A DNA stretch of 64,000 nucleotides from Methanomassiliicoccales archaeon (GTDB taxonomy: Archaea; Thermoplasmatota; Thermoplasmata; Methanomassiliicoccales; JAAEEP01). The number at the start of each line of letters is the position of its first letter. The first letter of the stretch is position 1. This document shows, piece after piece, positions 8,212 through 17,364 of the stretch. The stretch is from NCBI GenBank assembly GCA_013415695.1, contig JAAEEP010000004.1:66324-130323 (forward strand), in the 5' to 3' direction. The notes under the pieces were generated by a model, which saw only the letters and a list, made by a program, of their open reading frames with translations, did not search any database and had not been told where the DNA came from. The position numbers were made by a program, and so were the translations under genes.

Positions 8212-9996
8212 TTGCGGAGGTATAGTTTGGCTGAGATCGGGATGGACTTCATCGTCGACATAACGGTGATAATGATAGTGGTCGGCATCGCAGCCCTGGT
8301 TCTACCCCGTCTGAAATACCCTCCGGCCATCGGATATCTACTGGGAGGACTCATACTAGGGGCTGGGATTGTACCCTTCCTTACGGTGAGGGATCCAGAT
8401 TCTGTGTCGTTCTTTGCCGACCTGGGCATCATACTCCTCATGTTTTCTCTGGGACTGGAGTTCAACCTTAAGCGGCTCAGAAAGATCGGGCTGTTCGCGG
8501 CCGTGGCAGGCACGATCGAGATAACCATAATGATGGCTATCGGTTACTCCCTCGGTTCACTGCTCGGATGGGGGACGATCGAATCGTTCCTTCTGGGATC
8601 GGTCATGGCCATCAGCTCGACCGCGCTCATCACAAAAATGCTTATGGACCGGGGGACTCTGGGAAGTGACTGCGGCAGCGCGGTGATTGGGATGCTCATC
8701 ATCGAGGACTTCTTCGTGATCATCGTTCTCGCGCTGATCTCGCCAATGACTAGCGATGCGTCGTTGGATATCTTTCCGGTGATCGAGATCGCCCTCAGAG
8801 TGGTACTGTTCATCGCTGTTGGACTGGCCTTGGGACTGATGGTAGTCCCAAAGGCTATCGACCGCATTTGCATGGAATTCAGGGAGGAGACGGTGCTCCT
8901 TGTCTCTTTGGGACTCTGCTTCAGCATGGTGCTGTTATCGATCGCGGTCGAACTGTCGGTGGCCATAGGGGCATTCATCATGGGCATCATAATCTCCCAG
9001 GCAAAATCAGCTGAGATGGTGGCATCCAAGGTGCGACCCATCAACATACTCTTCGTGGCAATATTCTTCGTCTCCATGGGAATGATCATAGATCCGACCA
9101 CTCTGGGAGAGAGCATTCCCACGGCGGTTCTCATCGCGGTCGTCTTCATCGCGGGAAGCATCTTCGCTGTAACCTTTGCCGCTTACGTGGCTAACAGAAG
9201 TGCCGAGAACTCTCTATTGGCTGGCTTGAGCATGGTCACCATGGGAGAGTTTTCCATAATAATCGCCAAGGTCGGCCTGGATACAGGCATCATTGAGGGG
9301 AGCTTCTATTCCTCTGTTCTCGCAGCGACGCTCATGACCATGCTGGTATATCCCCTTATACAATGGCGTTCCCCCAAGATCATCCAGTCGATCAAATCAC
9401 GACTGCCGCTCTCGATTAAATCCGTCATCATCAACATCGAGGATATGAGGGCGATAACCAGGAAGAGGATCTCGAGCTCATCCGCCAAGAGCGCGGAGGT
9501 AAAACACGAGATCGGTATGATTTTCATCGATGTCATAGTCTTGGTGGTCATCGTGATAGGGGCCAACCTTATCTACAGCCTGAGGAACCTTCCACCGCTG
9601 TCGGGAATCGACCAAGGTCTCCTGGCAATCGTTCTCCTGATGGTCACATTGATACTGCTGGCCGCTCCCATCGTCAGCATGGTCAGCTATTTGAGGAGGA
9701 TCACTGATATCTTCACTACCTGGACGGTTGAATCGGAGGAATGTAGCGAAGGTGATCCCAGGATAATTCACAAGGTCTTCGCAAGTATAATTTCCGCCAT
9801 AGCTGGAATGATCATATTGTTCCTGATACTTCCATTCATCACTATGGCAGAAGGGGTCCCATGGTTCCTCCTCTTGGCACTTGTAATCCTCAGCGCAATA
9901 ACGGTCTATATACTGTGGAGCACCTTCCACTCCCTTCACACCAGGGTGTGTGATGCCATAAGGGAAGGAATAAAGGAAGAAGAGGAACATGAATGA
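8212..9996 (+). CDS. CPA2-type cation:proton antiporter with an extra C-terminal membrane domain
   Basis: 594 aa. The first ~390 aa fit a Na+/H+ exchanger (Kef-like) TM pattern ('FADLGIILLMFSLGLEF'). The C-terminal ~200 aa hold about 4 more TM helices instead of a KTN domain. The start may be the Met at 8242. Confidence 0.75.
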   Translation: MRRYSLAEIGMDFIVDITVIMIVVGIAALVLPRLKYPPAIGYLLGGLILGAGIVPFLTVRDPDSVSFFADLGIILLMFSLGLEFNLKRLRKIGLFAAVAGTIEITIMMAIGYSLGSLLGWGTIESFLLGSVMAISSTALITKMLMDRGTLGSDCGSAVIGMLIIEDFFVIIVLALISPMTSDASLDIFPVIEIALRVVLFIAVGLALGLMVVPKAIDRICMEFREETVLLVSLGLCFSMVLLSIAVELSVAIGAFIMGIIISQAKSAEMVASKVRPINILFVAIFFVSMGMIIDPTTLGESIPTAVLIAVVFIAGSIFAVTFAAYVANRSAENSLLAGLSMVTMGEFSIIIAKVGLDTGIIEGSFYSSVLAATLMTMLVYPLIQWRSPKIIQSIKSRLPLSIKSVIINIEDMRAITRKRISSSSAKSAEVKHEIGMIFIDVIVLVVIVIGANLIYSLRNLPPLSGIDQGLLAIVLLMVTLILLAAPIVSMVSYLRRITDIFTTWTVESEECSEGDPRIIHKVFASIISAIAGMIILFLILPFITMAEGVPWFLLLALVILSAITVYILWSTFHSLHTRVCDAIREGIKEEEEHE

Positions 9997-9997
9997 A

Positions 9998-10987
9998 TCA
10001 CGCGAATCCCAGAACCAACATGACTTTGTATTTAGCGCCAAGCTCTTTGTCGCATATGCCCGCATAATCGATTTTTGAGTATGGTATTATCTTCGCCAGC
10101 TCATCAAGCACCCTGCGAACAGCCTCCTCCTCCACCTCGCCCGAGGAGATGATCACAAGTGCGGACATTACGCGATCCTTCTCAAAGTCGAACCAGGGAG
10201 ATGTAATGGCTTCTTCAAGGGCCCTCAATTCACCGTACTCTCCGGACCCGGTGCCCACCCCAAGACGGCAGGAGTTGGAACGATTGAAATTCCTTCTCAC
10301 CAATTCAAGGTCCCCAACCGTGAGCACCTTCTCGAGTTCCAACAATGGCACCATCATTATCCGATTCATGACGTTGAATGCCTTTCCCAGTGGAAGGTTG
10401 GGGACCATCTTGAGCAGATGGTTGTTGGGATAGGTTATTGTGATATCCGAGGCTTCGCACATCTTCGTCAGAGAGCAGTCGGCCACGCAACGACGATCCT
10501 TTCCCTCAACAGAAAAGGGAAGGGCCACATTGGAGACACACAAACCTGCTCTCTTTTTGCAGATATCGGCAACCACAGGGGCAATGTAACTACCTGTGTC
10601 ACCCCCTAGACCTGCGAAGATGAAGGCGATGTCCGTTTCACCTACAGCACTCTCCAACCACTCCTTAAATTCGTACTTGATGGACCTAACGGTCTTGAAG
10701 GAAGTCTCCTTCATGAAATCTATATGCTCCGCGGTGACGAGGACTCGTGATTCAAGCCTGATGGCCCTGGTATCCTCCATCGCAGTGCAGACCGCTATGT
10801 TATTGAATGGGGAATCGGCGATGGCATTGCATCCGGCTCCTCCCACACCGATGACCTTGATGCTAGGCTTTCTCTTGGGTTCCTCCTCTCCCATCATGTG
10901 GAACTCGGGCCCACACATCTTGAACTGCCCTGGACCCGTGCAATGTGACTGTTTGAAGAATGGCGAGGAGACGACCCTTCTTGACAC
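9998..10987 (-). CDS. Divergent FtsZ/tubulin-superfamily protein
   Basis: 'IKVIGVGGAGCNAI' (G-box 1), 'FIFAGLGGDTGSYIAPVVA' (degenerate GGGTGTG signature) and 'AITSPWF' (compare FtsZ 'AISSPLL'). A likelier start is Met31 (10897). Confidence 0.7.
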   Translation of the reverse strand: MSRRVVSSPFFKQSHCTGPGQFKMCGPEFHMMGEEEPKRKPSIKVIGVGGAGCNAIADSPFNNIAVCTAMEDTRAIRLESRVLVTAEHIDFMKETSFKTVRSIKYEFKEWLESAVGETDIAFIFAGLGGDTGSYIAPVVADICKKRAGLCVSNVALPFSVEGKDRRCVADCSLTKMCEASDITITYPNNHLLKMVPNLPLGKAFNVMNRIMMVPLLELEKVLTVGDLELVRRNFNRSNSCRLGVGTGSGEYGELRALEEAITSPWFDFEKDRVMSALVIISSGEVEEEAVRRVLDELAKIIPYSKIDYAGICDKELGAKYKVMLVLGFA

Positions 10988-11117
10988 ATCGGGTCAAACC
11001 CGATTTGGATTATTAAGGATTGGCCCATGGGAATCCAAAGCTGAACTCAACTTCTTAAAAAATGGTTGGCCAGACATGATTAAGTACTAGGGGCCTGTAA
11101 TTTAGGAATCGATCGAA

Positions 11118-11309
11118 ATGCACAACGATTCTGAGGAGCGCCCCACGGGCTGCTATTTCGACATGTACGGTGCGGAGAAGGAGATGTTGGACAACCTCAC
11201 ATGTCGCAACTGTCCTCTACCAGCGATGGTCTGCGATTTCAAATCCTGGCCTCTCCTAGAGGATATGGCAAAGAGGATCATGAAGATCGAAGTCGCTTCC
11301 GACCCTTGA
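11118..11309 (+). CDS. Hypothetical small Cys-containing protein
   Basis: 63-aa ORF with a C-x16-C-x2-C-x6-C spacing. A T-rich run (ctttttttatttc) follows about 20 nt after the stop. No family recognised. Confidence 0.3.
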   Translation: MHNDSEERPTGCYFDMYGAEKEMLDNLTCRNCPLPAMVCDFKSWPLLEDMAKRIMKIEVASDP

Positions 11310-11428
11310 TCCGTCCTCATTCTTTTTTTATTTCTCATGGTGACTCAGTTTCAGTCCACACCGGGAAACGATTTTAAACCGTAGATCGATTGGTCCGTAG
11401 CTCCATAACCTAACGGGGGAACACTTTA

Positions 11429-12973
11429 ATGCACATGGGCCGAGTAGTGGGGAACAGGGTTCTAGAGACCAACTTCAGAGCGGGTTGCGATGAACCTCTT
11501 CAGGTTGGCGAGATGCTCATCGTGGATGACGATGGGAATGGAACGAAGTACCTCATTAGGGTAATGGACATCGAGTACGGAGCCGACGCCGAGCGAGATG
11601 ACTGGATGAAAAAGGAGGCCGGAGATCTCCTGGCGAAGGACACCGAAGGTCAGGGAGATCCTTCTCTCTTTCATGACAGACTATACCGTTTGGGTGTATG
11701 CGTTCCCCTGGGCTACATCGAGGGGGAGATCTTCAGGAAGACGAAAAGCCTGCCTTCCCATTTCTCAAAGGTCAGAAGGGCGACGAAGGATGATTACCTA
11801 TTCCTGGAGCGTTTCCTTGGAGACATAGAGGTTGGCAATCTTCGATCTGGAGACAGCGTCCTGGATTTCCCGGTAGGAATAGCCGGACGGGCGATTCCCC
11901 ACCATATAGGGATATTCGCCACAACCGGAATGGGCAAGAGCAATCTGATGAAGAACCTGGCCCTCTCCTGCATGCGTTTGAAAACATACGGCTTTCTGAT
12001 CATGGACCCTCATGGCGAGTACTATGACGGAGGTGAGAAGGGCAAGATGGGGCTTTCTCAGGCTAGAATGAGGAATTCGCTGGAGGTCTTCAGCTCACGG
12101 CCTTTGGACGGCCCTTACAACTCTCTTCGCATAGCTGCAAGGGAGATCGAGATCGCCGACCTGCAGAACCTCTACGAGTTCACGCAACCCCAACTGGAGT
12201 GCCTGCAAGCGGCACAGTTCAGGTATGGTGAGTCATGGTTGGTCGACCTTGACGATAAGGGGGTCCCTGAGATCTCGGAGGACCTGTCGGGGCGGTTCCA
12301 CGAAGGTACCATAAACGTCATCAAGAGAAGGCTGGAAAGCATATTCCAGTTCGGGCTCATCACCACCGATCCCAAACTCTCGATTACAAAGCACATAATT
12401 GATTGCCTGCACTGCGGAAAGGTTGTACTGGTGGATACCTCAAACATGTTCGAGGCTGAGGAACTCCTGATATCCACCGTACTATCCAGGGCCGTCTTCG
12501 AGAGGAACAAGTCGATGTACTCCGACAAGGGAGCCTTTGACCGTATACCCCCAGTGCTGATCGCCATGGAGGAAGCCCAGCGGGTGTTGTCCGAGGCAAA
12601 GGGATCGGTTTTCGCGCAGATCGCCAGAGAGGGTAGGAAGTTCAAGGTGGGTCTGTGCGCGGTATCGCAGCAGCCCAAGCTGATAGAGGAAGAGATCATC
12701 TCCCAGTTCAACACGCTTTTCATCCTGGGACTCGCCGATAAAAGGGACAGGAGCATCCTAAGAGATTCCGCGAAGCAGGACGTATCCCGACTCGATAACG
12801 AGATACAGATGCTGATGCCTGGAGAGGCGCTGATAGCCTCGCCCTTCACGCCTTTCGCCGTACCGGTCAAGGTCCATCTCTACGAGGAGCGGCTTGAGAA
12901 AGAGCTATCTTCATCGAAGACCAATGGCAATGAGGAGAACAAAAAATCAGAGAAGGACTTCCGCTTCTTCTAA
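11429..12973 (+). CDS. herA: HerA-type hexameric DNA helicase/translocase
   Basis: 514 aa with Walker A 'GIFATTGMGKSNLMKNL' and Walker B-like 'KVVLVDTSNM'. Size and position upstream of mre11-rad50 fit HerA. Confidence 0.85.
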   Translation: MHMGRVVGNRVLETNFRAGCDEPLQVGEMLIVDDDGNGTKYLIRVMDIEYGADAERDDWMKKEAGDLLAKDTEGQGDPSLFHDRLYRLGVCVPLGYIEGEIFRKTKSLPSHFSKVRRATKDDYLFLERFLGDIEVGNLRSGDSVLDFPVGIAGRAIPHHIGIFATTGMGKSNLMKNLALSCMRLKTYGFLIMDPHGEYYDGGEKGKMGLSQARMRNSLEVFSSRPLDGPYNSLRIAAREIEIADLQNLYEFTQPQLECLQAAQFRYGESWLVDLDDKGVPEISEDLSGRFHEGTINVIKRRLESIFQFGLITTDPKLSITKHIIDCLHCGKVVLVDTSNMFEAEELLISTVLSRAVFERNKSMYSDKGAFDRIPPVLIAMEEAQRVLSEAKGSVFAQIAREGRKFKVGLCAVSQQPKLIEEEIISQFNTLFILGLADKRDRSILRDSAKQDVSRLDNEIQMLMPGEALIASPFTPFAVPVKVHLYEERLEKELSSSKTNGNEENKKSEKDFRFF

Positions 12974-13130
12974 GGGTCAAAGGATTTTCAGCATGAGCTG
13001 TAAGATGCGGGACGGTGAGATCTAGGAAGAGAAAGGCATTCTCAGGGGTAGTTTCAAAGGGGTCTTGATAACCATATTAGAAAGAATTGACATTAGGGAT
13101 TGAGGGATCTAAGAAAGAGAGGGGTGAATT

Positions 13131-14252
13131 TTGAGGATAGTCCACGTCTCGGACACACATCTGGGTTACGCAGCGTATAGAAAGGTTGACGAGGAGACAG
13201 GACTCAACCAAAGGGAGGTCGACGTATACGACGCCTTCAAGCAATTCGTCGACAAGGTGTTGGAACTGAAGCCCGACGCGGTCCTGCATAGTGGCGACCT
13301 CTTCGATTCGGTCAGACCTACTAACAGGGCTCTCACCTTCACACTTGACCAGCTGATAAGGCTGACGGAAGCGGGGATACCCGTGGTGGTTATTGCGGGG
13401 AACCACTCAACGCCAAGACTCCGGGAAACCGGATCGGTAATGAGGATTTTCGACCACATCAGGGATGTCCACCCAGTCTACTGTGGACGATTGGAACACA
13501 TCGAAATTGGAGATATGATCATACATGCAATGCCTCATACAGAGGGGGACAACCTTCACCATCAGCTTCAGCTGTTGAAACCCTCGAGGCAGAGGAAATA
13601 CGACGTGGCCATGTTGCATGGGGGCATAGTTGGCCTAGGGGTCTTCAAGATGGATGAGTTCAACGAACAGCTTATCAACAGCTCATATCTCAGACCCGAT
13701 TTCGATTACATAGCGTTGGGGCATTTTCACGAATACAGTGTGGTAATGGACAATGCCTGTTACTCTGGATCCACCGAACGATTCTCCTTCTCCGAGGCAA
13801 GACAGAAGAAAGGTTTTCTAGAGGTTGACTTGGAGAAGAGAAGCAGGATATTCCATGAGCTCCAGACTCGGCCCATGCTCGACCTTGGCCCCCTGGACGC
13901 CAACAAGATGGACCATTCCTCCCTCCAGAAGGAGATAGTCGATCTATTGGAGAGCAGGGAACTCCAAGGAAAGATAGTGAGGTTGGTGGTAAGGAACATC
14001 CCATCAAGCAGCTACAGGGCACTCGACTTCCACCACATCGAACAACTCAGCTCTGGTGCAATGCACTTCGAACGGAGATTCGAGATGAAACAGGATGGGA
14101 TCTCGGTTCAGTGGACCAGCTCTAAGATCGATTCCTTGGAGCACGAGTTCGTCACTTTCCTTGAACACTATCCCATTGAGAACGTGGATAAGAATTCTCT
14201 TCAGGAAAAAGGCTTACAATATCTCAAGAGGGGGGTGGAAGGATCAGACTGA
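13131..14252 (+). CDS. mre11: Mre11 DNA double-strand-break repair nuclease
   Basis: Calcineurin-like phosphoesterase motifs 'VHVSDTHLG', 'LHSGDLFD', 'VVVIAGNHS', 'GHFHE'. TTG start preceded by 'gaggggtga'. Confidence 0.9.
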   Translation: MRIVHVSDTHLGYAAYRKVDEETGLNQREVDVYDAFKQFVDKVLELKPDAVLHSGDLFDSVRPTNRALTFTLDQLIRLTEAGIPVVVIAGNHSTPRLRETGSVMRIFDHIRDVHPVYCGRLEHIEIGDMIIHAMPHTEGDNLHHQLQLLKPSRQRKYDVAMLHGGIVGLGVFKMDEFNEQLINSSYLRPDFDYIALGHFHEYSVVMDNACYSGSTERFSFSEARQKKGFLEVDLEKRSRIFHELQTRPMLDLGPLDANKMDHSSLQKEIVDLLESRELQGKIVRLVVRNIPSSSYRALDFHHIEQLSSGAMHFERRFEMKQDGISVQWTSSKIDSLEHEFVTFLEHYPIENVDKNSLQEKGLQYLKRGVEGSD

Positions 14253-16657
14253 GATACCTGGAACTTCACAATTATCGCAAATTCCGACATGCGGCAGTGG
14301 AGTTTCCAGATGGCGTCATTGGCATCATCGGCCCCAATGGTGTGGGAAAGAGCACCCTAATTGAGGCCATCTCATGGGCTCTCTACGGCAACGACGCCCA
14401 GAGGACCAGCAAGGAAGAGGTCCGCTGGACCGGAGCTTCTCCAGGGGACGAGTGCTCCGTCATTTTAGAGTTCGAGATGGATGGTGACCACTATCGGGTG
14501 TATCGGGAGATGCGAGGTAAGGACCTGAAGATGAAAGTCACCCTGGATATCAACAACCAACTCCATGCGGACGGTGACAGGGCAGTCACACAGGTCCTCG
14601 CGGAAAGATTGGGTATGGACTACAAGGCATTCTTCATCTCGGTGTTCGCCAGGCAGAAGGATCTCGATGCCCTGTCCATCCTCCCGCCTGGAGAGAGAAG
14701 ACAGCTCATCCTGAGGATGCTGGATATCGATGTCCTAGATAGGATCATCAGCTCGATAAGAGCCGACAGATCAGGACTGGAAAGTCAGGTCAGGGCCTAT
14801 TCAGAATTGCTGTTGGATGGGGAAGGGAAGGACAGATCGCAGACGATGATGACGGAAATCGAAGAGATCGATCGAGTTGTTGTTGTTCACAGAAATGAGC
14901 TGGTATCGGTACAGGCTGAGAGAGAGCAGGTGGATAAGCAGATCGCAGAGTTGAAGGAGATGAGGGACGGATTGGCGTCCATCGAAAGCGATTTCCACAG
15001 GATACAAAGGGAACTTGCCGGCAAGAAGAGCTATCTACAGGGTCTCGAGGAACAAAAAAAGTCCATGCTCGCGGAGAGGATATCCCTGGAAACCCTCAAT
15101 GGAGAGTTGGAAGACCTGGGCAAGAAGAGTGAACTGCTTGAGAGGAGTATCAAAGAAAAGGAAACGATGGAGGGAGCCCGCACCTCGTACCATGAAATAG
15201 TGTCGATAAAGCACAGGTTGGAATCCCTCAGGGAACAGATCTCAACTGTCAAGGAGAAGATGGTCCGCAGTCAGGAAATGATCGCCAGTATCGGTAATCC
15301 CGAGGTAAGCATTCCAAAGGTGAATGGGTCTCAGAAGGAAGCAGAGGATTCTATTTCCAGGATTAAGGGAAAGATCAGCGAGCTGAGTGCCGAAGCGAGA
15401 GGTAAGGCAAGGGAGAGGGATGAGATCAGGGCCAAGAGGGATGACATCAATAGATTGGGTCCTGAGAGCAGCTGTCCTACCTGTGAAAGGAAGCTTGAGG
15501 ATCAACACCAGTTCCTCCTAGATAAGATGGCCATTGAGATCGAGAAGTTCGAGGAGAGAGTATCTGACCTCGCAGAGGAGAAATCGAGACTTGAAATCGA
15601 TCTGGAGAAGGAGAAAAAAAGGAAGGATGTGCTGGAGAGCCGCCTCGAAAATCTAAGAGCCTCACAACTCGAACTGACCAAAGTACGGGAAGCGCTGAGG
15701 GGATACGATAGCAAGATGACCGAGCTGAACGATGAGGTCTCCCGCCTGGTATCCAGACTTGAAGAAATAGGTGAGGTCACTTTTAACGAAAAGACCTATG
15801 AAGATATCAAGGGACAGATCGATGAATTGAGAGGTCCTGCCAGGAGATATGGGGAGATACGAGTCAGGCTCGAGCGGCTCCCACGACTTTCAGAGGAGAT
15901 CGTTGGTTTGGATCAAACGATTGGAGACCAGAAGAGCCATATGGAGAATCTCGCGATCGAACTGGAATCCATAGGTTATGATGAGGAGAAACTTGCATCA
16001 TTGAGGGAAATGTACGAGAACTTGTTGTCTTCAAAGGATAAGCTAGGTGCTCGAATATCCGAACTCAAGGGGGAGATCAGGGTGCTCGACGGAAAGAAGG
16101 AGAGCCTGAAATCCGATTTGAAGATGATGAAAGAGAAGGTTCGGCTCAAGAAGGAGTACGAGTCAAAGATCTCCACGATGACGACGCTGGCGAATCTTAT
16201 GGTGGACTTCAAGTCAAATCTCATTTCCAGGATAGTCCCCACCCTATCGGAGATCTCGTCGTCCCTGTTCAATGAGATGACCGAGTCCAAGTATGGGGGA
16301 ATGGAGATCGACAAGGATTACAATGTCTTCATTTTCGACGGGGGCGAGAAGTTCAGACTGGAGCGCTACTCTGGTGGAGAAGGCGATCTTGCCAATCTCT
16401 GCTTGAGACTGGCCATTTCAAGGGCGATAGCGGACAGGTCTGGAAGCAGCGTGGATTTCCTCATACTCGATGAGATATTCGGATCGCAGGATCAGACCAG
16501 GAAGAGGAACATATTGTCCACCTTGAACCGGTTGTCTAACAAGTTCAAGCAGATCGTTCTAATTACTCACATAGACGACGTGAAGGAATTTATGGGCAAC
16601 GTCATCTATGTCAAGGAGGGGGAGGACGGCTCGAGCGGTCTGGTACTTGAAACATGA
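14249..16657 (+). CDS. rad50: Rad50 ATPase; N-terminus extended to a CTG codon that overlaps the mre11 stop
   Basis: Walker A 'GPNGVGKST', zinc hook 'SSCPTCER', signature 'YSGGE', Walker B 'FLILDE'. Codons 14252-14296 encode 'RYLELHNYRKFRHAA', the conserved first beta-strand. No ATG/GVG/TTG start lies upstream of the GTG at 14297. Confidence 0.85.
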   Translation: MRYLELHNYRKFRHAAVEFPDGVIGIIGPNGVGKSTLIEAISWALYGNDAQRTSKEEVRWTGASPGDECSVILEFEMDGDHYRVYREMRGKDLKMKVTLDINNQLHADGDRAVTQVLAERLGMDYKAFFISVFARQKDLDALSILPPGERRQLILRMLDIDVLDRIISSIRADRSGLESQVRAYSELLLDGEGKDRSQTMMTEIEEIDRVVVVHRNELVSVQAEREQVDKQIAELKEMRDGLASIESDFHRIQRELAGKKSYLQGLEEQKKSMLAERISLETLNGELEDLGKKSELLERSIKEKETMEGARTSYHEIVSIKHRLESLREQISTVKEKMVRSQEMIASIGNPEVSIPKVNGSQKEAEDSISRIKGKISELSAEARGKARERDEIRAKRDDINRLGPESSCPTCERKLEDQHQFLLDKMAIEIEKFEERVSDLAEEKSRLEIDLEKEKKRKDVLESRLENLRASQLELTKVREALRGYDSKMTELNDEVSRLVSRLEEIGEVTFNEKTYEDIKGQIDELRGPARRYGEIRVRLERLPRLSEEIVGLDQTIGDQKSHMENLAIELESIGYDEEKLASLREMYENLLSSKDKLGARISELKGEIRVLDGKKESLKSDLKMMKEKVRLKKEYESKISTMTTLANLMVDFKSNLISRIVPTLSEISSSLFNEMTESKYGGMEIDKDYNVFIFDGGEKFRLERYSGGEGDLANLCLRLAISRAIADRSGSSVDFLILDEIFGSQDQTRKRNILSTLNRLSNKFKQIVLITHIDDVKEFMGNVIYVKEGEDGSSGLVLET

Positions 16658-17322
16658 TAGAGATCTTCGTTGATAGAAGAGAGAGTGGCTTTCTTACCTA
16701 CATCGGTGACCTCGGCGAGGTCAGGGTTGTCCAGCTTGAGATCGGGGATTATATCATTAAAACCGGTGCGACAGCCACAGCCATCGAGAGGAAGACTCTC
16801 GGGGACTTCATTTCGTCCTTTAGGAACGGCAGGTTATGGGAGCAATTGGTTGCACTCTCCAAGATGAAGGAATACGAAGGATCTGAAGTGGTCAGACGAA
16901 TGCTGGTTATCGAAAGATCCCAGGGAGACGATGAGATTCTTGATGAGAAGGGTTGGGCCAGCGTGATTGGGGCTCAGATGGAGTGCATATACACCTATCA
17001 TATTCCTATTGTCCAAGTGCGGGGGGACCAGGGTATGGGCTCATTCCTGAGAGTTCTGGTCAGAAGGGAAAGGGAAGGTCTCAATGATAGGGTTCCACCG
17101 GCGAGGTGGTTCAAACCGAGGACATCGTCCGAACTCCCCGTGAAGGATCAAAGGGTTTTGCTGCTATCTATGATCCCCGGGGTGGGTGACAAACTCGCCT
17201 ACAGCCTTCTTGAACGATTCGATTCCATCGAAAATCTGAGCCGAGCTAGCGTCAAGGACCTTCAAAGTGTATCAGGTATAGGAGAGAAAAAGGCAAAGGG
17301 CATCTTTAGGTTCCTACACTGA
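16654..17322 (+). CDS. xpf: Short XPF/Mus81-type ERCC4 nuclease with C-terminal (HhH)2
   Basis: 'VDRRE', 'GDYII' and 'IERKTLGDFISSFRNGRLWEQ' form the ERCC4 catalytic motif. The C-terminus has 'IPGVGDKLAYSLL' and 'VSGIGEKKAKGI' hairpins. The ATG overlaps the rad50 TGA (ATGA at 16654-16657). Confidence 0.85.
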   Translation: MIEIFVDRRESGFLTYIGDLGEVRVVQLEIGDYIIKTGATATAIERKTLGDFISSFRNGRLWEQLVALSKMKEYEGSEVVRRMLVIERSQGDDEILDEKGWASVIGAQMECIYTYHIPIVQVRGDQGMGSFLRVLVRREREGLNDRVPPARWFKPRTSSELPVKDQRVLLLSMIPGVGDKLAYSLLERFDSIENLSRASVKDLQSVSGIGEKKAKGIFRFLH

Positions 17323-17364
17323 ATCCTCGGATACCCAGATATCAGGAAGGGGAGTATCAATGGT

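Noticed and set aside
8544-9161. 205-aa ORF antisense to the CPA2 antiporter, with similar antisense ORFs at 6515-6970, 12172-12870, 17540-17920 and 26112-26774
   Set aside because: All lie opposite confidently assigned genes and have Met/Ser/Thr/Pro-rich, low-complexity translations with no recognisable motifs. They are typical antisense shadows of membrane or GC-balanced genes.
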